This document shows, piece after piece, positions 9,339 to 18,224 of a stretch of DNA of 64,000 bases. The stretch covers positions 6,617 through 70,616 of the forward strand of contig JAFAOS010000159.1 of the NCBI GenBank assembly GCA_019247515.1, written 5' to 3'. The translations under genes and the position numbers were made by a program. Position 1 is the stretch's first letter. Each line of letters starts with the position of its first letter. This DNA comes from Chloroflexota bacterium (GTDB lineage: Bacteria > Chloroflexota > UBA6077 > CF-72). The notes below the pieces were generated by a model. That model had not been told where the DNA came from. It made no database searches and saw only the letters and a list, made by a program, of their open reading frames with translations.

Positions 9339-10652
9339 CTAGCCCGAGCTGGACCCAGGTTCTGGATCGTCGATGGTGGGCGCGACCAGGCCGCGGATCT
9401 CGGGCGCGCTGCCCGCCCCAAGCTGGACCCGCGCCTGCGTGCGGAGTCCCTGGCTGAACAGCTTGATGAACGAGACCGCCGCGTCGTGGTCGAACTGGTC
9501 GCCCGTCTCGTACGTGGCGAGCCCAAAGTCGTACAGCGACTGTGGCGAGCGGCGGCCAACGGCCACGGCCTCGCCCTTCAACAGCCGCATGTGCACGCTG
9601 CCGGTCACGTGCCGCTGGGTGCTGGCCACGTAATACGACAGGTCGCGATAGTGGCCCGAAAACATCCGACCGTCGTAGATGAGCTGCGCCATCTCGTCGG
9701 CGACGATGGCTTTGAAGCGCCGCTGCTCGCGACTGAGCGTCAGACTCTCCAGCGCCGCGTGCGCGGTGTGCAGCACGGTCGCGGCCGGCGCCTCGTACAC
9801 CTCGCGCGACTTGATGCCCACCAGCCGGTCTTCGACGTGGTCGATGCGTCCGACGCCGTGCGCACCGCCCAGCTCGTTCAGGCGAGTGACCAGCGCGACC
9901 GCCTCGAGCCGCTCGGTGTGGTCCGCATCGTCGCCCAGCGCGACCGGGATCCCCTTCTCGAAATCGATCGTGATGTAGGTCGGCTCCTCGGGCGCAAAGC
10001 GCGGATTGATCGTCCACGCGTAGGCGTCCTGAGGTGGCTCGTTCCACGGGTCCTCGAGCACGCCCGCCTCGACGCTGCGGCCCCACAGGTTGGCGTCCAC
10101 CGAATAGGGGCTGGCCGCGGTGACGGGTACCGGAATACTGTGCTCCTGGGCGTAGCGGATCTCTTCGTCGCGCGTCATCCGCCATTCACGCACGGGGGCG
10201 ATGATGCGCAGCTCGGGCGCGAGGGCCTGAATCGAGACGTCGAACCGAACCTGGTCATTGCCTTTGCCCGTGCAGCCGTGCGCCACGTGGCTGGCGCCTT
10301 CCCGCCGCGCGCAGTCGACCAGCAGTTTGGCGATCAATGGTCGCGCCAGCGCCGTCGCCAGCGGATACACGCCCTGGTAGAGCGTGCCAGCCTGCAACGA
10401 AGGAAACGCGAAATCGTGCACAAAGGCATCTCTGGCGTCGGCGATGAAGGCCTGGATCGCGCCCGTACGCAGCGCTTTCTGGCGCACGACCTCGAAATCC
10501 GCTTCGTTGCCCACGTTGACCGTGAGCGCGATGACGTCGAGGTCGTACTTTTCGTTGATCCAGCGGATGGCCACCGATGTGTCGAGACCGCCCGAATACG
10601 CCAGAACGACTTTGTCCGTGCCCATGCGCAACTCGAAGGATAGCTCAGTCAC
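9339..10652 (-). CDS. argG: Argininosuccinate synthase
   Basis: KVVLAYSGGLDTSVAIRWI ATP-binding motif and full-length homology pattern (437 aa). An alternative start at ATG 10625 (MGTDKVVLAYSGG) is possible. Confidence 0.93.
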   Translation of the reverse strand: MTELSFELRMGTDKVVLAYSGGLDTSVAIRWINEKYDLDVIALTVNVGNEADFEVVRQKALRTGAIQAFIADARDAFVHDFAFPSLQAGTLYQGVYPLATALARPLIAKLLVDCARREGASHVAHGCTGKGNDQVRFDVSIQALAPELRIIAPVREWRMTRDEEIRYAQEHSIPVPVTAASPYSVDANLWGRSVEAGVLEDPWNEPPQDAYAWTINPRFAPEEPTYITIDFEKGIPVALGDDADHTERLEAVALVTRLNELGGAHGVGRIDHVEDRLVGIKSREVYEAPAATVLHTAHAALESLTLSREQRRFKAIVADEMAQLIYDGRMFSGHYRDLSYYVASTQRHVTGSVHMRLLKGEAVAVGRRSPQSLYDFGLATYETGDQFDHDAAVSFIKLFSQGLRTQARVQLGAGSAPEIRGLVAPTIDDPEPGSSSG

Positions 10653-10735
10653 AGTTCCGAGCCAGGTGTGTTTCCGTCCGTAACGGGCGATTGTCAGATA
10701 CGTTGGGCAACCGTAGCTAGATTCGAGTACGGACG

Positions 10736-12763
10736 ATGTTCTGGCGGTGTTTCAAAGCCTACGTAGTCGCTTGCGTGATACTGCTGGCGGCACTGCCGGT
10801 GGCCATACCGTCGCTCGCGGCCGAGCTGGTTGTCGATAACTCCGACGGCTCCGTCCAGGTCAAAGGTTCGTGGACCTCGACCCGAACGACGGCCGGTTTC
10901 TATGGCGCTGATTACCTGTTTCGAACCCCGGGCGACGGCAGCTCGAGCGTCACGTGGCCATTCCCAGCCAGCGCCGCCGCTGGACGTTACGTGGTCTTCG
11001 CACAGTGGAGCGGCGGTCCGAATCGCGCCAGCAATGCCACCTACCAGGTGAATTCGGCCGGCGGCGCGAGCAGCGTGTCGGTCAACCAGAAGACGAACGG
11101 CGGGGCGTGGCAGCAACTTGGCACGTTCGACTTCGCGCCCGGCAAGGGGCAGAACGTGGTGCTGACCGACAAAGCCGACGGTGTGGTGGTCGCCGACGCG
11201 ATCCGCTTCGTGGGGCCGCAAGACGCAATCAGTGCCGCGGCGACGACGCCGCCGTCCAACCCGCCACCGGCCAGCACCCCGCAGCCCGCGGCCAGCCCAT
11301 CGGCGGCCGCCAGCGACCCACGCACGTTCTCGCAGACCGGCTACCGCATCACCGAAGACGCTTTCTGGAACTATTTTCAGGTCCGCGGCGGCCTCCGCAG
11401 CTTTGGTTACCCGGTCTCCAACACGTTTTTCCTGATGGGCGCCAGAGTCCAGATCTTCCAGCGGCAGATCATGCAGTTGCGCCCGGACGGCGGCGTGCAA
11501 GCCATGAACATCCTGGACGATGGGCTCATGCCGTACACGCACATGAACGGCAGCACTTTTCCAGCGCCGGATCAGAGCGTCATCGCCCAGTCGCCAAAAC
11601 CCGACGACCCTGACTATCTGCCGAAGGCGATGGAGTTCGTGCGCGCCACCGCGCCGGACACCTTCGACGGACAGCCCGTCAACTTTTCGAAGACGTTCTT
11701 CAGCAGCATCAGCGCCGCGGACGCGTACCCCAACGGTGTTCCCGCTGGCAGCGAGGCGCTCGTGCCGTACTTCAACCTGGAGATCTGGGGCCTGCCCACC
11801 TCCAGGCCGGCGCACGATCCCACCAACCCGGACTTCATCTATCAGCGTTTCCAACGCGGCATCATGCACTACGACAAAAGCTGCAGCTGCACGCAAGGCT
11901 TGCTGCTGGCGGATTACGTTAAGGCGCTGCTGACGGGCCAGAACCTGCCAGCCGACCTGGCCGCCGAAGCCGGGAGTAGCAAACTGATCAACCAGTTCCG
12001 ACCGAATGCTCCGCAGTGGCTCGGTCGACCTGCCGACCTGCCCGGCAGCGATCTCACCAACGCTTTCGCCTACACGGCTCGCATGCCGATCGTCACCCTG
12101 GACCCGGGGCATGGCGGCACGGAGATCGGTACCGCGCACACCTTTCCGGACGGCACCGTCCTGGCCGAAAAGGACCTGAACCTGCGCGTCGTGCTCCGCG
12201 CGCGCGACCTGCTGCAGCAGGCCGGCTACCAGGTGGTCACCACGCGGACCACCGATTCACCGGTCAACGCCGACAAAAAGGACCTGACCGGCGACGGCAA
12301 AGTCACGCTTTCAGACGACCTGCAAGCGCGCATCGACATCGCCAACAAAGCCGGCAGCGACATTTTTGTCTCGATTCATTTCAACGGCAGCAGCAACACC
12401 TCCACCAACGGCACGTATGTTTTCTACGACCCCGACCAGCCCTACACCGCTCGCAGCAAGTCGCTCGCCGACCTGGTCGACGCGTCGCTCATCAAGTCCA
12501 TGCAGGACGCCGGCTACAGGCCCTCCAACCACGGCTCGGCCAGGGACACCGCGGTCCTCGAAGGCGATCACTATTACCTGCTGAGTCCCAAGACGACGAT
12601 CGTCCCGCGGCCGAGCACCATGCCTGCGATCATCGGCGAAGGCCTGTTTCTCACCAACGACGCGGACGCCAACGCCTTGCGCAACAACGCGGTGGTCGAG
12701 GCCATCGCCCAGGGCTACGCGGCGGGGATCAAGGCGTACTTCGCCAGGTATCCAGTCACATAG
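10736..12763 (+). CDS. Secreted N-acetylmuramoyl-L-alanine amidase (Amidase_3) with N-terminal carbohydrate-binding-like domain and central unknown domain
   Basis: Signal peptide MFWRCFKAYVVACVILLAALPVAIPSLAAE. C-terminal LDPGHGGTEIGT...DLQARIDIANKAGSDIFVSIHFNGS...GTYVFY is an Amidase_3 pattern. The N-terminal ~150 aa resembles golvesin C-terminal-like domains (from recollection). A Pro-rich linker PPSNPPPASTPQPAASP is present. Confidence 0.8.
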   Translation: MFWRCFKAYVVACVILLAALPVAIPSLAAELVVDNSDGSVQVKGSWTSTRTTAGFYGADYLFRTPGDGSSSVTWPFPASAAAGRYVVFAQWSGGPNRASNATYQVNSAGGASSVSVNQKTNGGAWQQLGTFDFAPGKGQNVVLTDKADGVVVADAIRFVGPQDAISAAATTPPSNPPPASTPQPAASPSAAASDPRTFSQTGYRITEDAFWNYFQVRGGLRSFGYPVSNTFFLMGARVQIFQRQIMQLRPDGGVQAMNILDDGLMPYTHMNGSTFPAPDQSVIAQSPKPDDPDYLPKAMEFVRATAPDTFDGQPVNFSKTFFSSISAADAYPNGVPAGSEALVPYFNLEIWGLPTSRPAHDPTNPDFIYQRFQRGIMHYDKSCSCTQGLLLADYVKALLTGQNLPADLAAEAGSSKLINQFRPNAPQWLGRPADLPGSDLTNAFAYTARMPIVTLDPGHGGTEIGTAHTFPDGTVLAEKDLNLRVVLRARDLLQQAGYQVVTTRTTDSPVNADKKDLTGDGKVTLSDDLQARIDIANKAGSDIFVSIHFNGSSNTSTNGTYVFYDPDQPYTARSKSLADLVDASLIKSMQDAGYRPSNHGSARDTAVLEGDHYYLLSPKTTIVPRPSTMPAIIGEGLFLTNDADANALRNNAVVEAIAQGYAAGIKAYFARYPVT

Positions 12764-12769
12764 CTCAGC

Positions 12770-13105
12770 TCAGCCGTGTCGCCAGCCCTGGCCGTCGATG
12801 TGGGCGTGGCTGACGGTCAAGACCAGTGAGGGACGCTCGGCGGGTCCGCGCCGAAAGTTGCCTGAGTAGTCCTCCGCCGAGAGCATCGCGCTGAACGGAA
12901 TCCAGAGGTCGCGCGCCATGGGGCGATCGACCAGGAACTCGTCGGTGCGAATCTCCTTGACCTTGCCGACGGGCTCGCCGTCCAGGGACACGACGGGCAT
13001 GCCAAGCTCGACCTGCGCCGGACCCGGGGATGACGCCTTCAGAATCTCACTCGGCCGCATGCCTTCCACAAACTCCGAAGATTCGTCGCTTGGGCTGGTA
13101 CTCAT
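12770..13105 (-). CDS. Small PRC-barrel/DUF2171-like protein
   Basis: 111 aa from ATG 13105 (MSTSPSDESSEF...). GMPVVSLDGEPVGKVKEIRTDEFLVDRP resembles PRC-barrel proteins. ATGA overlap with the upstream phosphatase stop. The 202-aa track ORF is an extension. Confidence 0.55.
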   Translation of the reverse strand: MSTSPSDESSEFVEGMRPSEILKASSPGPAQVELGMPVVSLDGEPVGKVKEIRTDEFLVDRPMARDLWIPFSAMLSAEDYSGNFRRGPAERPSLVLTVSHAHIDGQGWRHG

Positions 13106-13890
13106 CGCGCTATGGTAGGCGGTGGCTCCGCGACCAGGTACGCGAACCCGGGCCCGCCCAGGTAGATGCCCGGGTCGACGTTCACACACCGACCCCCGCA
13201 ATACACGTACGCGGCGGTCACCGTTTCGGGCGGCACGCGCAGCATGCGCGGCACCGGCGTGTGGCCATGCACCACCTGGCGAACGCCAAAGGTCTGCAGG
13301 TACTCCTCGAGGTTCGCCTCTCCATCCGGCTCGACGAACGCCCGATGCTCCTCGAACCGCGCCAGCAGGCGCTTCCACGCAACCGGGTCGTCAGCCTCCA
13401 GCACACGCCGGAACTCGGCATTGACCTCCGCAACCGTGGCGCCGAATTCCAGATAGAACATCGCGTCGGCGTGCATGAAAAGGACGTCGCGATCGACCAC
13501 CACCGCCGGGAGGTCCCTCAGCCAGGTGGCGTGCGCGTCGGACAGAGCGTCGAGATCGTGCGGCACGCCGCCGGCTTCCAGCCACGCCGTCGTGAACGCA
13601 TCGCCGAAGTTTCGCGCCGCCAGCAGCTGGATGTCGTGGTTGCCGATCAGAACCACCACGCGTCCACCGCGCTCCGCCGCGGCCTGTTGCAGGCGCATCA
13701 GAGAGTCGATCACTCCGACACCGTCGGGTCCGCGATCCACCAGATCGCCGACCACCACCAGGGTCGCTCCACCCGCGATCCAGCGGCCACTATCGTCGAC
13801 CAGGTCATGCTCCTGGAGGACGCGCTGGAAGGGTGCGAGAAAGCCCTGGACGTCGCCAACCGCCCACAGCCTGCGACGCTCAGGGTCCAC
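13102..13890 (-). CDS. Metallophosphoesterase (PPP-family Ser/Thr phosphatase / ApaH-like)
   Basis: LWAVGDVQG, VVVGDLVDRGPDG, LIGNHD and VHGHTP are the calcineurin-like phosphoesterase motifs. GTG 13890 is chosen as the start because the upstream gene stops at 13898. Confidence 0.8.
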   Translation of the reverse strand: MDPERRRLWAVGDVQGFLAPFQRVLQEHDLVDDSGRWIAGGATLVVVGDLVDRGPDGVGVIDSLMRLQQAAAERGGRVVVLIGNHDIQLLAARNFGDAFTTAWLEAGGVPHDLDALSDAHATWLRDLPAVVVDRDVLFMHADAMFYLEFGATVAEVNAEFRRVLEADDPVAWKRLLARFEEHRAFVEPDGEANLEEYLQTFGVRQVVHGHTPVPRMLRVPPETVTAAYVYCGGRCVNVDPGIYLGGPGFAYLVAEPPPTIAR

Positions 13891-13897
13891 GGGGACC

Positions 13898-15049
13898 TCA
13901 GCGGCCCCACAGCTCCTTCGTCGCCAGGCGTGCGCCTTCCACCAGCGACTCGAGCTTCGCCCAGGCAATCTCGGGGTGACCCACCCGCGTACCTATGCCG
14001 CAGTCGGTGCCGGCGATGACGTTCTCGCGGCCGACGACTCCCGCGTAACGCACCAGTCGGTCCGCCACCGTGCGCGGATGCTCGATGACGTTGGTCGCGT
14101 GGCCCACGACGCCAGGCATGAGTGCCTTGCCCGCGGGTAACTTCGCCGTCTGCCACACGTGCCATTCGTATTCGTGCATCGGATTGGCCGCCTCTACCGA
14201 GTAGCATTCCGCGCGCACTTTCAACACCACGTCGACGATGTCTTCCAGCGGAATGTCGTTGCGGTGTGGGCCGTGGCCGCTGCCCCAGCAGATGTGCAGG
14301 CGCACGCGGTCCTCGGGGATTCCTTCGAGGGCGCGATTGATCGCCGCCACGCGCAGGTCCGCGTACTTGCGGTAGTCGGCCGCGCTCATGTCCGGGTACA
14401 TCTGCCAGCCGTCCGGCAGATCCGGATCGTCAATCTGCAGCAGCACGCCCGCGTCGGTGATCGCCCGGTACTCCTCATGCAGCGCGTCGGCGATGGCGAA
14501 CAGAAAGCTCTCATCGTCCGGGTAGTGTTCGTTCCACAGCCAGTGCTCGACGGTGCCTGGCGCAATGGCGGGCAGGTACGGCTCGACCTGCAGGCCGGCG
14601 GTTGCCGCCTTCAGGTTGGCGATGTCGTTCTGGACGTTGGCCTGGCCGATGTACTTCAGCGGCCCGGTGCAGAAGTACGGCGCGTTGGCCGTTCCGCCGC
14701 CCCGAAATGGACCGACGCCGGCGGCGAAGGCGCCCGGGAATTGGGCCCGATCGCGCGCCGTGACGTCGTGCCGCCGACCGTCGGCCGCCGCCTCGTTCGC
14801 CGCTCGCTGTTGGATGCCGCTGATCCGCGCGCGCACGTAGCCCGAAAAGCCGCCGCGCTTGCTGAACTCGCCGTCGTTGACGACGTCGATGCCGAGCTCG
14901 GCCTGGCGGCGCACCACGTCCTTCACCGCCTCGGGCAGCACCCGCTTGAGCTCGTCTTCGGTGCCACTGTCAAAGACGCGCGCGACCGTGTCAGGGCGAG
15001 GCAGTGTACCGGCGTGCGAGACGAGGATGCGATCGGTGCTTCGGAGCAT
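13898..15049 (-). CDS. Cobalamin-independent methionine synthase (MetE) C-terminal-domain-like single-domain protein
   Basis: 383 aa with MLRSTDRILVSHAGTLPRPD, DVVNDGEFSKRGGF and Zn-ligand contexts HICWGSGHG and AGTDCGIG, typical of the MetE_C-like family (COG0620). Confidence 0.75.
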   Translation of the reverse strand: MLRSTDRILVSHAGTLPRPDTVARVFDSGTEDELKRVLPEAVKDVVRRQAELGIDVVNDGEFSKRGGFSGYVRARISGIQQRAANEAAADGRRHDVTARDRAQFPGAFAAGVGPFRGGGTANAPYFCTGPLKYIGQANVQNDIANLKAATAGLQVEPYLPAIAPGTVEHWLWNEHYPDDESFLFAIADALHEEYRAITDAGVLLQIDDPDLPDGWQMYPDMSAADYRKYADLRVAAINRALEGIPEDRVRLHICWGSGHGPHRNDIPLEDIVDVVLKVRAECYSVEAANPMHEYEWHVWQTAKLPAGKALMPGVVGHATNVIEHPRTVADRLVRYAGVVGRENVIAGTDCGIGTRVGHPEIAWAKLESLVEGARLATKELWGR

Positions 15050-15102
15050 AGGATGAGGATATGAGCAGGGGCCTCCACCTCGCTGTGCTGGTCTGAGCGC
15101 GC

Positions 15103-16569
15103 ATGCGAGCCCGAAACGGCGCGGCGTACCTCCAGCGCCTCCAGGATGACCGCGAGGTGTGGCTCGACGGCGAACGCGTCGCCGACGTCACCCGCGACCC
15201 GCGCCTCGGCCGCGGCGCGCGCTCGATCGCCGCGCTGTACGACCTGCAGCTCGACCCGTGCCGCGTCGACGAGATGACGTACCTGTCCCCGACCAGCGGC
15301 GAGCGCGTGGGCCTCTCCCACATCCAGCCGCGCAGCGTCGACGACCTGGTCCGCCGCCGGAACATGGTCCGCACGTGGTCAGAGTGGAGCGCCGGGATGC
15401 TCGGCCGCAGCCCGGACTACCTCAACACCATGGTCATGGGCTGCGCGAGCAATGCCGATTACTTCGCGCACAACGATCCCGCCTACGGCCAGAACATCGT
15501 TCGATACTACGAAACAGTGCGCGAGCAGGACCTGTGTCTCACCCACACCCTGGTCTCGCCGCAGGTCAACCGCGCCGTGCACCCGGACCTCCAGGCCGGC
15601 GGCGAGGTCGCCCTCCACGTGGTGGACGAGACCGACGCCGGCCTGGTCCTCTCGGGCGCGCGCATCCTGGCCACGCTGGCCCCTGCTTCGGACGACCTGT
15701 TCGTCGCGCCCTCGCCGTCCCGCTCGTTCGCGGGCGAGGGCAACCCACGCGCCTTCGCGTTCTCGATCCCCGTCGCCACGCGCGGCTTGCGAATGATCTG
15801 CCGCGAAAGCTTCGACGTGGGTCGCTCGTCCTTCGACCATCCACTTGGCTCACGCTTCGAAGAGATGGACTGCACCGCCGTCTTCGACCGCGTGCTGGTG
15901 CCGTGGGAGCGCGTCTTTCTGTATGGCGACCAGGACTATTGCGCCGCCCTGTTTCGGGCCACCAATTGCTTCAACCACTCGATGCACCAGTTCCTGACGA
16001 AGAACTGGGTCAAAGCCGAGTTCGTGCTGGGCGTTGCGACGCTGATGGCCGAGGCGATCGGCATCGCCGGGCAGCTGCATATCCAGCGGCTGCTCGGCGA
16101 AATCCTGCACGCCGCGCTGACCCTGCGCGCCTTCATTCGCGCCGCCGAAGCGGACGCCACACCCGGTCCAGGCGGCGTCTTTGCTCCAGACACCGAAACC
16201 CTGCTCACCGCGCGCAGCTATTTTCCGGAGGTGTATCCGCGGCTGATCGAGATCCTGCAGATCCTCGGCTCGAGCGGGTTGGCCAACATCCCATCCGAGG
16301 CGTCGGTGGAGGCGCCAGAGATCGCGGCGGACATCGAGCGCTACTTCCAGGGCGCCACCCTCGGCGGCAAGGAACGGATACGCCTGTTCCGACTGGCCTG
16401 GGACATCGCCTGCAGCTCATTCGGAGGCAGGCAGGTGCTGTACGAGCGCTACTTCGCGGGCGACTTTTATCGCAACGTGGCGGTGCACTACGCCAATCAC
16501 GAGAAAGGTCCCTATCGCGAGATGGTTGCGAGCTTCCTCAACCGCGAACCGTCGCCCCTTCCGTCGTAG
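15103..16569 (+). CDS. 4-hydroxyphenylacetate 3-hydroxylase (HpaB) family flavin-dependent monooxygenase, oxygenase component
   Basis: 488 aa. N-terminus RNGAAYLQRLQDDREVWLDGERVADVTRDPRLGRGARSIAALYDLQ and overall length fit the HpaB N/C-domain family. Confidence 0.75.
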   Translation: MRARNGAAYLQRLQDDREVWLDGERVADVTRDPRLGRGARSIAALYDLQLDPCRVDEMTYLSPTSGERVGLSHIQPRSVDDLVRRRNMVRTWSEWSAGMLGRSPDYLNTMVMGCASNADYFAHNDPAYGQNIVRYYETVREQDLCLTHTLVSPQVNRAVHPDLQAGGEVALHVVDETDAGLVLSGARILATLAPASDDLFVAPSPSRSFAGEGNPRAFAFSIPVATRGLRMICRESFDVGRSSFDHPLGSRFEEMDCTAVFDRVLVPWERVFLYGDQDYCAALFRATNCFNHSMHQFLTKNWVKAEFVLGVATLMAEAIGIAGQLHIQRLLGEILHAALTLRAFIRAAEADATPGPGGVFAPDTETLLTARSYFPEVYPRLIEILQILGSSGLANIPSEASVEAPEIAADIERYFQGATLGGKERIRLFRLAWDIACSSFGGRQVLYERYFAGDFYRNVAVHYANHEKGPYREMVASFLNREPSPLPS

Positions 16570-17098
16570 CCGCGGCGAGTGGCTCCGCGTCGATCAGCAC
16601 GAAGAGCACGCGGCACACCGCTTCTGAACGGTTATCCCAGGCGTGAAAGGTCCCGCGCTGGACGAGCACGTCGCCCGGCTTCAGCAGCGTCTCGGCCTCG
16701 TCCAGGAGGGCCCAGATCTCGCCTTCCAGGACGATGGCGTAGTCCACAGTGTCCGTCTGGTGGAAGCCCGGGTGGCGGGCCATCCGCTCGGGCGTCGAGT
16801 GTGCCCCTGCCAGCCCGGTTGCCGGCGCCGGCGCGCCACGGCTGTTCGGCGCAAAGTCGACCACCCGCAAGATGGAGCCGCCACGCCACGGCGGCGGCAC
16901 TGGATTGCGCACCCCGGCGGGCGCGGCGTCGTCGTTGCCCGCGTTCGAGGCCGGCGCGCGATCGGTCACCCACAGGACCGTGGATCCCGTATCGGGGAAT
17001 TCGCCCGGGTTGACCTGCGGCGCCGGCTCGTCGGCGACAATCGTCGAGCGACCCTCGGGCGTATGCCCCGTCACCACCCGGCGAATCGGCTTCGGCAT
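16538..17098 (-). CDS. Cupin-domain protein
   Basis: 186 aa. HQTDTVDYAIVLEGEIWALLDEAETLLKPGDVLVQRGTFHAWDN is a cupin beta-barrel motif pair. The start overlaps the upstream LLM stop by 1 nt (TGATG). Confidence 0.7.
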   Translation of the reverse strand: MPKPIRRVVTGHTPEGRSTIVADEPAPQVNPGEFPDTGSTVLWVTDRAPASNAGNDDAAPAGVRNPVPPPWRGGSILRVVDFAPNSRGAPAPATGLAGAHSTPERMARHPGFHQTDTVDYAIVLEGEIWALLDEAETLLKPGDVLVQRGTFHAWDNRSEAVCRVLFVLIDAEPLAAATTEGATVRG

Positions 17099-18150
17099 CA
17101 GGCCGACACCGCCACCGGCCCGGCCAGCGCCGGCATCACCTCACGCGCAAACAGCTCGACCGACTCCAGCGTCTCCTCGGAGCTCAAGCTGCCGAACGAA
17201 AAGCAGCCAACCACGTAGTTGGCGCCCGATTGCTCCAGGCACTCGCTCAGCTGATCTCGGACGGTCGCGGCCGAGCCCACGAAAATGCTGCGCCGCGCCA
17301 GCTCGTGGTCGAAGTTGCGGCGGTCGGCATAGCGCTCGGGATTGCCGCGTCGCACATAGCGATACGAGAAGTTGTGCGCAAACAGCTCGTACGCCGGCCG
17401 CGCCTGCTCGCGCGCCTTCGCGTCGGTCTCGGCCACGTGGATGTGGACCATGAAGCCGACCTTCGGATCCGTGACGTGGGCATTCAGGCGGCCAGGCTCG
17501 CCGGCGTGCGCACCGAGCTCGCTCCAGTACGTCTTGACCATGTCGGCAACGCGATCGAAGTCGGGCGCCAGGTGCACCGAGAACACCGCATTCAGCCCCT
17601 GGCTGGCGATCCACGGCACCGAGCCCGCGTTCGACGTGGGATACCACAGCGGCGGGTACGGCTTCTGGACCGGCCGCAGCCGCGTGATCAGCTTGCCGAA
17701 GTCGTAGTGCTCACCATGAAAGTCGATCTCGCCCGTGGACATGCCCATCAGCATGACCTGCAGGCCCTCGTTGAACATGGCGCGCGCCTTCTCGGGGTCG
17801 GCGTCGATGTGCTCGCCAAACGAGCCGCGGCTCAGACCCAGCTCGGCGCGCCCGTCGCTGAGCTGGTCGAGCATGCACACCTCTTCGAGCAGGCGCACGG
17901 GACTGTACAGCGGCAGGATGTAGCTCAGCGCACCCATGCGCAGTCGGCGCGTGCGCTGGGCGACCGCCGACAGAAACAGGTTGGGCGACGGCACCGTCGA
18001 CAGCTCGGTGGCGTGATGCTCGGCCAGGTGGTAGCTGTAGAACCCAACCCGATCCGCGAGCTCGAGCATGCGCAAGCGCTCTCGATACGTTTCGCCCTGA
18101 CCCCGGCCCGATTCGTCGAGCCAATCAAACAATCCAAACCTCACGCTCAT
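17098..18150 (-). CDS. Luciferase-like (LLM class) flavin-dependent monooxygenase
   Basis: 350 aa. MSVRFGLFDWLDESGRGQGETYRERLRMLELADRVGFYSYHLAEHH is typical of the LLM family. Confidence 0.8.
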   Translation of the reverse strand: MSVRFGLFDWLDESGRGQGETYRERLRMLELADRVGFYSYHLAEHHATELSTVPSPNLFLSAVAQRTRRLRMGALSYILPLYSPVRLLEEVCMLDQLSDGRAELGLSRGSFGEHIDADPEKARAMFNEGLQVMLMGMSTGEIDFHGEHYDFGKLITRLRPVQKPYPPLWYPTSNAGSVPWIASQGLNAVFSVHLAPDFDRVADMVKTYWSELGAHAGEPGRLNAHVTDPKVGFMVHIHVAETDAKAREQARPAYELFAHNFSYRYVRRGNPERYADRRNFDHELARRSIFVGSAATVRDQLSECLEQSGANYVVGCFSFGSLSSEETLESVELFAREVMPALAGPVAVSA

Positions 18151-18162
18151 ATCTTCTATTTT

Positions 18163-18192
18163 GTGGGAGCCCGCTCATGAGTGGGTTCCCAC
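18163..18192. promoter_or_regulatory. 30-bp imperfect palindrome (candidate operator) in a divergent intergenic region
   Basis: GTGGGAGCCCGCTCATGAGTGGGTTCCCAC has 14-nt arms with 2 mismatches centred on CATG. It lies between the LLM gene start (18150, minus) and the amidohydrolase start (18225, plus). Confidence 0.35.
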
Positions 18193-18224
18193 CAAACAAA
18201 TCCGCGTACCCTTACGACAGACAG

